Virus record (IMG/VR): IMGVR_UViG_3300020123_000589
Coordinates: 32,001-96,000 of that record
Length of the DNA stretch: 64,000 nt
Direction: 5' to 3' (one strand)
Source of the DNA: a virus
A program made the position numbers and the translations under genes. Positions 57,655 to 64,000 of the stretch are shown in pieces (the first letter of the stretch is position 1; every line of letters starts with the position of its first letter). The notes beneath the pieces are model-generated. The model was given only the letters and a program-made list of their open reading frames with translations. It searched no databases and was not told the origin of the DNA.

Positions 57655-58653
57655 ATGGGTTATACACCAGATTATACAGTACGATCACAGATTGTCACGA
57701 AGATTCGTGATCAATTTATAAATAATATTCGTCGAATTCTTTCGACAGATTCAAAATATACATACGTTGAACTTCCTAATGGAGAGTATGACTTTTCTCA
57801 AACGAAGGTTATCATTTCAGATATTTTTCCCCAGGATCATGCTTTTTATCCGGCCATTGTGGTTGAGAATATTAGTGGGGCTGAAGAACGTTATTTAGGT
57901 CCAGAATCAGAACAGATAATTAAAAGTTTGCCTCCTTCAGCAGAAGATAATACAACATCCACCCCTTTTAATGTTACAGCCGTAATAGATTCTACTCATT
58001 TAGGTGTAAATTCCCTTACAGGTCTTAACATTGGGGATGTTATTACTCAAGGATCTAATACTACGACGATTGCTTTTGTTGGTTTACCAATTACTATCAC
58101 AAGTATTCCAGATTCAACTCATATAGCTGTTTCATCAGTAGCAGGAATTAAGATTGGTGATACAATTGTACAGGGAGTGAATAGCACTACTGTTGTTGTC
58201 GATTCACTGCCATTAGGTCCTAATGTTTTGCAGGTATCTAGTTCGGCTGGTTTTGTAGCCGGAATTGCATATGATACAAATGTTCCTAAGATTACAGTTG
58301 GAAGTACAGCAGGATGGGCAGTGACAACGACCAATTTAGCTGGTAATGAATCACTTTTTGCTAGTGTGGTTTCCACTGTAACAATCAATATTTATACAAT
58401 CGATGACTCTATCCAGAGGGATGAGCTTACGGATTTGATATATAATGATTTTAAATATACAACCACAGATTTAGCTAATTTTGGCATCGAAATCATAAAG
58501 ACTTCTTTTCCAACTTTTACATCTGCATACAATGAAGGTCGTTGGTTTTTTGCAGGTAAACTTATTATCGATGTATATAGTGAATGGGACGGAGTAGTTG
58601 CCCCAGCCGTGAACATAACAGCCAATAATGTTTCAATAAGTTTAAGTGAATAA
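57655..58653 (+). CDS. tail completion/terminator-like protein with an inserted beta-repeat module
   Basis: YPAIVV...TINIYT....RDELTD fold-like segments flank DSTH repeats; precedes sheath. Confidence 0.5.
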   Translation: MGYTPDYTVRSQIVTKIRDQFINNIRRILSTDSKYTYVELPNGEYDFSQTKVIISDIFPQDHAFYPAIVVENISGAEERYLGPESEQIIKSLPPSAEDNTTSTPFNVTAVIDSTHLGVNSLTGLNIGDVITQGSNTTTIAFVGLPITITSIPDSTHIAVSSVAGIKIGDTIVQGVNSTTVVVDSLPLGPNVLQVSSSAGFVAGIAYDTNVPKITVGSTAGWAVTTTNLAGNESLFASVVSTVTINIYTIDDSIQRDELTDLIYNDFKYTTTDLANFGIEIIKTSFPTFTSAYNEGRWFFAGKLIIDVYSEWDGVVAPAVNITANNVSISLSE

Positions 58654-58702
58654 AACCCCCTTAAAAATATAATAAAATCAGGTATTATTAGGGAGTAGTG
58701 TA
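58651..58702 (+). promoter_or_regulatory. conserved intergenic motif copy 5
   Basis: 52 bp identical to 31475..31526. Confidence 0.72.
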
Positions 58703-58807
58703 TTCTCTTTTAAAATAAACTATTTTAAATACTTAATTCGGTATGAAACTGGTGGTAGAACTAGAAGGCTACCACCAGTGGAATACCACCTTCTAGGAGT
58801 TAAAGTT

Positions 58808-59422
58808 ATGAACAAGAATCGTTTTGGTATTTTAGCCAAACCCGCTATTTACAAGATTGTAAACACCTTTAATGGGTTGCTTTATATCGGTTCATCTTTG
58901 AATGCTTTAAAAAGATGGAATAATCATTTGTATGCACTTAGGCACAATAAGCACGATTCATCTCTTTTGCAAAATGCATGGAATAAATATGGTGAAGAAG
59001 CCTTTATTTGTGAAGTCCTTGAATATGTAGAAAAACCAACGAAAAAGAATATGGTTGCAAAAGAACAACATTGGTTAGATTTTTACCAGAGCTATGAAAG
59101 AGCCAAGGGATACAACGCTTGTCGAAAGGCTGACAGCCCAATTGGTGTAGAAAGAACCCCAGAGCATCGAAAGAAAATTAGTGACACCCTAAAACGTAAG
59201 TATAGAACTGGAGAAATACAGGTAAATTTTAAGGGGCATCACCATACAAATAAAACCAAAAGAATATCTGGTAATAAAATTAGATTGTGGTGGGGACAGC
59301 CAGAGAATAGAGAAAAAATGAAAAAGATTTTTGCCTGTCCTGAAACTAGGAAGAAGAAGTTAAAAGCAGTTGCTAAAGCTAGAAAAGTTCAAAAAGATTT
59401 AAGAAATAAACGTAAGCAATAA
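58808..59422 (+). CDS. free-standing GIY-YIG homing endonuclease
   Basis: AIYKIVN..N...YIGSS....RW..H, LQNAWNKYG, GYN, NUMOD3-like EHRKKIS; SD AGGAG before ATG 58808. Confidence 0.9.
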   Translation: MNKNRFGILAKPAIYKIVNTFNGLLYIGSSLNALKRWNNHLYALRHNKHDSSLLQNAWNKYGEEAFICEVLEYVEKPTKKNMVAKEQHWLDFYQSYERAKGYNACRKADSPIGVERTPEHRKKISDTLKRKYRTGEIQVNFKGHHHTNKTKRISGNKIRLWWGQPENREKMKKIFACPETRKKKLKAVAKARKVQKDLRNKRKQ

Positions 59423-59443
59423 ATTTTTTAGAGGAGATCCAAA

Positions 59444-61141
59444 ATGCCTTCAATTAATAATCAGCCAACTCTTCCTGGTGTGTATTCGCAAGTGCAGCAA
59501 CAGCTACTCCCCTCAGTAACGGGCGGTATCCGTGTTGCAGCATTTATTGGAACAGGCCGTCTAACAAATTTAGTTACGGGCGAAGCCGTAACTCGCGGTT
59601 CTGGTAATAATGATGCTCTCGCCCACACTGCAACAATTCTTGATGGAACTACCATTACTGATCAGAATTTCGCTGTGTACGAATCAGGTGCGGATTATAA
59701 TTCATCTCCTGTTTCAGGTGGAATAGGTTGGCTTACTGGTGCTGCTCAAATCACAGGGACAACTTCCGCTCCTTATGCAGACCAAGCCACAAAAACTTTC
59801 TCGTTTAAAGTTGGAAATACTACACCTACCGTCGTAACATTCACAACTCCAGCTATTACTCTTACTGAAGTTGTAACTCAAATTAATACCGCTTATGGTG
59901 ACACAATAGCTTCTGCAAATGGTTCTAGCCTAGAACTTAGCACAGGAACATTAACTGTTCCAGTGTTATTTAATACATCAATCACAATCGAAAATGGAAC
60001 AGCAGCATCTGCTCTAGGATTTACTCCTGGATCATTGGTTTCTGCTCCTTCTCGTCCAGCTCTTGGAGTTGTTTATTTTGTCAATTACGAGTGGGCCAAA
60101 GCAGTAGGCGATGGTCAAAACTCTTTTGAACCACAGTTTTTCTTTTTACAAAACTTCAGCACGATCACCAATGCTATGGGATCTGTTGGTGGTGGAGATT
60201 CTCAAACTGCTAATATGAACGGCGCGTGGACTCTTCCTGTTGCTGCTCAGCTTGCTCAGCAAAATGGAGCCAGCATTATTTGTTTGATGCAGATGAATCC
60301 TGTTGATGGTGCTAATGCTTCTCAAGTTCGTTCAGCACTTACAAAACTTTTTATTCCTAATATTAACATTGTAGTTTCATTAGATGCAGCAGATAATGCG
60401 ATGTTAATTCCTGATATTACGAATCATGTGGAAGAGGCATCTAGCACAATTAATCGATTAGAGAGAACAGCATTTATTGGATTCTCAGCACTTTCAAATC
60501 CAAGTGATGCTACTATGCTTGGATATGCAACGGCTGCTTCTAGCAATCGCGTTGTTGTCGTCAACCAAACAAATACCACATATACGATGTTTGTTGGTAC
60601 TAATACACTTCCATCCACCGTTGATGGTACGATGATGGCTGCTGCTCTTGCTGCTTTAAGAACAAATCCAGCCTTTGATGTTGCCCAGCCACTTACTCGT
60701 GAAATAGTTTCTGGTATTGCCACTACGAATACGTTAGCACAATCAGAAAAGACTATCTTTGCAAATCAAGGTGTATTGGTTGTTGATAATATTTCAGGGT
60801 CAGCCAAGGTTGTATTTGGAACGACAACCGAGTTTGCCGATATTCTTGATCAGCTTTATCAGGTTGTTGAGATTAGTGATTATTGTGCTCAAACTATTCG
60901 CGGATTGTTAGATCCTATTTTCATCGGACAAAAATTGCTTGCAAATACACCTTCACAGGTTGAGACAGTTACTTCAGCAATTCTATCGGATATTGAATCC
61001 AGTAATATTATTGAGTCATTTACACAACCAACGGCTACAGTAAATCCATTGCAACCTACGCAGATCCTAGTTAATGTTGGAGTACAGCCTGTACTCGAAC
61101 TCGATACTATTTTCATTACGTTAGGTTTGAATTTGGCATAA
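59444..61141 (+). CDS. tail sheath protein
   Basis: PGVYS N-terminus; AAALAA...PLT, NQGV.V, FIGQK and V.V.VQPV..LD.I C-terminal sheath motifs. Confidence 0.88.
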   Translation: MPSINNQPTLPGVYSQVQQQLLPSVTGGIRVAAFIGTGRLTNLVTGEAVTRGSGNNDALAHTATILDGTTITDQNFAVYESGADYNSSPVSGGIGWLTGAAQITGTTSAPYADQATKTFSFKVGNTTPTVVTFTTPAITLTEVVTQINTAYGDTIASANGSSLELSTGTLTVPVLFNTSITIENGTAASALGFTPGSLVSAPSRPALGVVYFVNYEWAKAVGDGQNSFEPQFFFLQNFSTITNAMGSVGGGDSQTANMNGAWTLPVAAQLAQQNGASIICLMQMNPVDGANASQVRSALTKLFIPNINIVVSLDAADNAMLIPDITNHVEEASSTINRLERTAFIGFSALSNPSDATMLGYATAASSNRVVVVNQTNTTYTMFVGTNTLPSTVDGTMMAAALAALRTNPAFDVAQPLTREIVSGIATTNTLAQSEKTIFANQGVLVVDNISGSAKVVFGTTTEFADILDQLYQVVEISDYCAQTIRGLLDPIFIGQKLLANTPSQVETVTSAILSDIESSNIIESFTQPTATVNPLQPTQILVNVGVQPVLELDTIFITLGLNLA

Positions 61142-61183
61142 TAGTAGCAAAAATTTTAAAAGGTACTTTTAAGGAGAACCACC

Positions 61184-61714
61184 ATGGCAGAGCTTGGCAA
61201 TACAAATGCGCGACTTAGTACTTCAGTATCACTTTTTCTATTACCACAGAGTCTAAATGCAACGACTTTGAATAATCCAGCTGCTCTTCTTTCTTTAGCG
61301 CAACAGTCTACGAAGATCGGAGCAGTTCAATCTTTTACACAAACTCAAAGACGAGATACAGATTTTCGATTTGAGTTGGATTCTGATCAGCAAGGCAAGC
61401 CAGTTGAAAGATTGCCCCGCACAGTGAGTGAATACAGCCTTCGTGCTGACCGAGTTATGTTGTATCTATCAGATGCTCTTGAAGTGTTGGGTATTTCTGG
61501 TGATGACATTGTGAATAACAATGCTCCAATTGGTATTTTGAAACAGGAAATCGCACCTGCCGGATCTTCAGCTCCCACAAAGTCCACGATTTTTACGGGA
61601 GTGTGGATTCATTCAGTTTCTGCCACATACAATATCGCTGGTGGAGATTTAAGAATTTTGGAAGGTGTGGATTTTGGATATACATCGTCTACAGTGGTCG
61701 GAGAGCCAGTATAA
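61184..61714 (+). CDS. tail tube protein
   Basis: follows sheath; IGAVQSF...R...FEL...P, FTGVWI.S. Confidence 0.78.
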   Translation: MAELGNTNARLSTSVSLFLLPQSLNATTLNNPAALLSLAQQSTKIGAVQSFTQTQRRDTDFRFELDSDQQGKPVERLPRTVSEYSLRADRVMLYLSDALEVLGISGDDIVNNNAPIGILKQEIAPAGSSAPTKSTIFTGVWIHSVSATYNIAGGDLRILEGVDFGYTSSTVVGEPV

Positions 61715-61761
61715 GATTAGTTCCTAGAATAGTAAAAAGATAAGAGAGTAAAGGAGTTACA

Positions 61762-62109
61762 ATGGACTTGAAAAGCTTCGCAGCATTAGGGCTTGTTTCT
61801 AAGGAATTCGAGATTGTAAAAGATTTAAAAGTATCAATGCACACGCTTTCTGTTTTGCAGCAACAGCAAGCATTGTCTGAATTGATTGTTTCTCCCGCAG
61901 GACAAGATCCAGCCCTTCGCACTGTGGTTTTGCAGCAAGCCTTGTTGGTTTATGCTTTGGATACAATCAACGGTGCAAAAGTTACATTGCAAGAAGCAAA
62001 AGATTTCATTCAAAATTTACAAGCTCCAATCTTTAATGAAATTTACAATTGTTATGATTTGATGGCTCAAGAACAGGATAATACCCTTACTGAATTAAAA
62101 AAAAAATAG
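61762..62109 (+). CDS. tail assembly chaperone (G-like)
   Basis: between tube and tape measure; ends in an A10 slippery run. Confidence 0.75.
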   Translation: MDLKSFAALGLVSKEFEIVKDLKVSMHTLSVLQQQQALSELIVSPAGQDPALRTVVLQQALLVYALDTINGAKVTLQEAKDFIQNLQAPIFNEIYNCYDLMAQEQDNTLTELKKK

Positions 62110-62474
62110 AAAATCCCTCTGATATACTTCCCTTCCGCGATCTCTGGATCGTAGCTAAAGCTCTCCGTGTTTCTCCCTTTTCTGAAACCATTTCTTCTCT
62201 TTCTCCAGCCGAATTTACATGGGTTTTAATGAATCATTCTAAAGATGAAGAAGAAGAATGGAAAAAATTTGAATACCTTTGTCGATTTATAAATCCTCAA
62301 GCTGCTACCGAAGTATTTGATCAAAAAGTTATTGAAAAGACCGTTAGCACAGAAGATGTACTCTTCGAGCAAATGAGCAAAGACCTTAAGGGTAAATACA
62401 GCCCTAAAGAATTGAAAGCAATAATGGAAGACCCAAAACATCATAGCGAATTGGATAGGATTGAACGAGTTTAA
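62106..62474 (+). CDS. -1 frameshift extension of the chaperone (GT-like)
   Basis: the -1 frame is open from the A-run (IENPSDILPFRDLW...) into ORF 62229..62474. Confidence 0.75.
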   Translation: MENPSDILPFRDLWIVAKALRVSPFSETISSLSPAEFTWVLMNHSKDEEEEWKKFEYLCRFINPQAATEVFDQKVIEKTVSTEDVLFEQMSKDLKGKYSPKELKAIMEDPKHHSELDRIERV

Positions 62475-62499
62475 CTTTTCTTTACATAAAATAAACCCC

Positions 62500-62528
62500 T
62501 TGACAAGTTCTCCTTTTTCTGCTAGACT
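62500..62528 (+). promoter_or_regulatory. sigma70-type promoter of a moron-like gene
   Basis: TTGACA-17 nt-TAGACT with extended TG. Confidence 0.7.
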
Positions 62529-62552
62529 CATAGTAGAGAGGAGATAATTAAA

Positions 62553-62726
62553 ATGATTATTGTAGGTATTATTTTTGTTCTATGTGTTTACATTGTTGCT
62601 CTTATTGGTAAGATATTTAATTTACGTGATGGAACTATGGCTGGTTTATGTATGTGGGTTTTTTTAGTAGTTTTAGGTTCAATATTTTATTTGCTATCTT
62701 CTGTACCTGTAGAAACATTTCGCTAA
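62553..62726 (+). CDS. 57-aa two-TM membrane protein (moron-like; not in ORF track)
   Basis: SD GAGGAG; MIIVGIIFVLCVYIVALIGK...AGLCMWVFLVVLGSIFYLLS. Confidence 0.7.
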   Translation: MIIVGIIFVLCVYIVALIGKIFNLRDGTMAGLCMWVFLVVLGSIFYLLSSVPVETFR

Positions 62727-62781
62727 TTCGTACTGTTTTAGTAGTTCCAACCTAACGTAGTAAAATTCCGAGGATATTCCA

Positions 62782-64000
62782 TTGGCAGATATTTTAGGCC
62801 CTTCTGGGCAACCCTTACCTCCATCTAATCCATTTTTATCTCAGCAGGGCGTAAGTTCTACTGCGTCTGTTAATACTACCCAAGCGCAAAAGGCTTTCGC
62901 TGAATTACAGCGAGTTTTAGATAATATTATGAAGTCCTTTAGTGGCAATTGGGACAAAATGACCACGGATAGGCTTAAATCTGAGGAGCGTTTTTACCGT
63001 GCGGTAGGAGACAAAGCTAAAGAACGACAGGTAATGCTTCAGCGATATAGCAAGGAAGCTCTTGATTCCATAGAAGCTGAAAAACGTGCCGGATTAGAAG
63101 CTTTGAGTATGCAGGGATTGGCCAAAGAAGAACTTGAAAAACGAAAAACAGAAATTACCCGCAGAGCTTCTGAAGAACGAGCAAATATTGAAAAAGAAAC
63201 GGCTAAAAAATTGGCGCAGGATCGCGGAGTTGGCGGAGCAATTCGAGGTGTAACATCTTTTGTAGGTGGGCAATTAGGTGGTTCTGTGGGGGGTCTTATT
63301 GCAGGAGTTGGTTCACTTATTGCAAATCCAGCCATGGCCATCCCCGCAGCTATCCTTGGATCATTGTTGGAGATGGCGAATACTAAAGCAGCTTTTACTA
63401 AAACAGGTGCCCAACTTGCAGGAGCAGGTTTACGTCTTGGAGCTGGTGGTGGCGGTGGTTTAGGATTCGCTACAAGTTTATTTGGAGGTCCTTTTGGGGC
63501 TTTAGGACAGGCATTGGGAGCAGATCAACAGCGCGAGATTATTGGTATGATGGCTGGATCTCGCACCATGATAGATCAAGCTCGTTCTGGGGGCGGTTTT
63601 GGGGCCATACGTGGCAATCTAGGGCTCTTTGCCAATATCCTTCCTGATGCTACAAAAGAGATGGAGTTGTTTACGGATGCTACTAAAGGCTTGGGAATGT
63701 CCCAACGCGATATTACAAATACTTTTGTTTCTTCCAGGGTTAATGCAGAACGGCTTAAAATTACGCAAATTGATGCTATTAACACACAAATGGAAATGCA
63801 AAAAGCCCTTCGTAACATTACAAATGATGGGGCTGTTGCGGCCAATGTGCTTTCCAATATTACAGGGTACTTAAATAAAATAGGTGCAAGTGAGGCTGAA
63901 AAGATTAGAATCGGCGGAGCTATAGGGCAAGCAGGAGCTAATCTTTCGTTTTCTTCTATTGTTGGCATGTCTGCTTTTCTTAATAATGGAAAAATTCCAA
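62782..64000 (+). CDS. tape measure protein (5' part, runs off the window)
   Basis: TTG 62782 after GAGGA; frame appears open to the window end; charged helical then Gly/Ala-rich; canonical position. Confidence 0.8.
   Translation, partial: MADILGPSGQPLPPSNPFLSQQGVSSTASVNTTQAQKAFAELQRVLDNIMKSFSGNWDKMTTDRLKSEERFYRAVGDKAKERQVMLQRYSKEALDSIEAEKRAGLEALSMQGLAKEELEKRKTEITRRASEERANIEKETAKKLAQDRGVGGAIRGVTSFVGGQLGGSVGGLIAGVGSLIANPAMAIPAAILGSLLEMANTKAAFTKTGAQLAGAGLRLGAGGGGGLGFATSLFGGPFGALGQALGADQQREIIGMMAGSRTMIDQARSGGGFGAIRGNLGLFANILPDATKEMELFTDATKGLGMSQRDITNTFVSSRVNAERLKITQIDAINTQMEMQKALRNITNDGAVAANVLSNITGYLNKIGASEAEKIRIGGAIGQAGANLSFSSIVGMSAFLNNGKIP

Noticed and set aside
10424-58808. Upstream-extended starts in the ORF track (10424, 13701, 15627, 31049, 48056, 54691, 55054, 58778)
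   Set aside because: They overlap upstream genes, promoters or terminators; downstream ATGs with SD, coupling or leaderless geometry fit better
738-63968. Many minus-strand and nested alternative-frame ORFs in the ORF track
   Set aside because: They are shadows of longer + strand genes, with no SD or recognisable motifs; the region is uniformly + strand
1-64000. Stop-codon reassignment (TAG/TGA), as in some large phages
   Set aside because: Core genes are full length in code 11, and TAG/TGA occur at plausible gene ends
1-64000. CRISPR array or diversity-generating retroelement
   Set aside because: No regularly spaced repeats; the fibre repeats are exact rather than adenine-variable, and there is no reverse transcriptase gene

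Overview
This window looks like the virion-morphogenesis region of a large (jumbo-like) contractile-tailed phage. It is AT-rich, uses standard code 11, and essentially all genes are on the + strand. Gene order: ClpP-like protease; fibre proteins; a ~20 kb block of very large charged multi-module proteins, probably head-internal/ejection cargo (6.3-27 kb), interrupted by two HNH genes, deoC and a trypsin-like lipoprotein; terminase large subunit; portal; MuF-like protein; prohead protease-scaffold; decoration protein; major capsid protein (MCP); a tRNA/structured-RNA cluster; a possible lysis module; fibre/neck proteins; tail sheath, tube, frameshifted chaperone; and the start of the tape measure gene. 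Main unusual observations: (1) a 242-nt group I intron near the end of the MCP gene whose own 5' end re-encodes the displaced exon (KSIVKIVVS* unspliced vs KGIVKIVVS* spliced, mostly with different codons), followed by a free-standing GIY-YIG endonuclease; (2) head-associated proteins punctuated by a recurring (S/A-L-x-)K-x-A motif at module boundaries, suggesting polyproteins cut during head maturation into cargo such as a nucleotidyltransferase, HAD phosphatase, 2H phosphoesterase and HiPIP-like modules; (3) an HNH gene that splits a zinc ribbon; (4) a five-copy putative phage promoter motif; (5) an ORF-free array of structured RNAs including aberrant tRNAs. All functional calls are by-eye motif recognition; no database searches were run.
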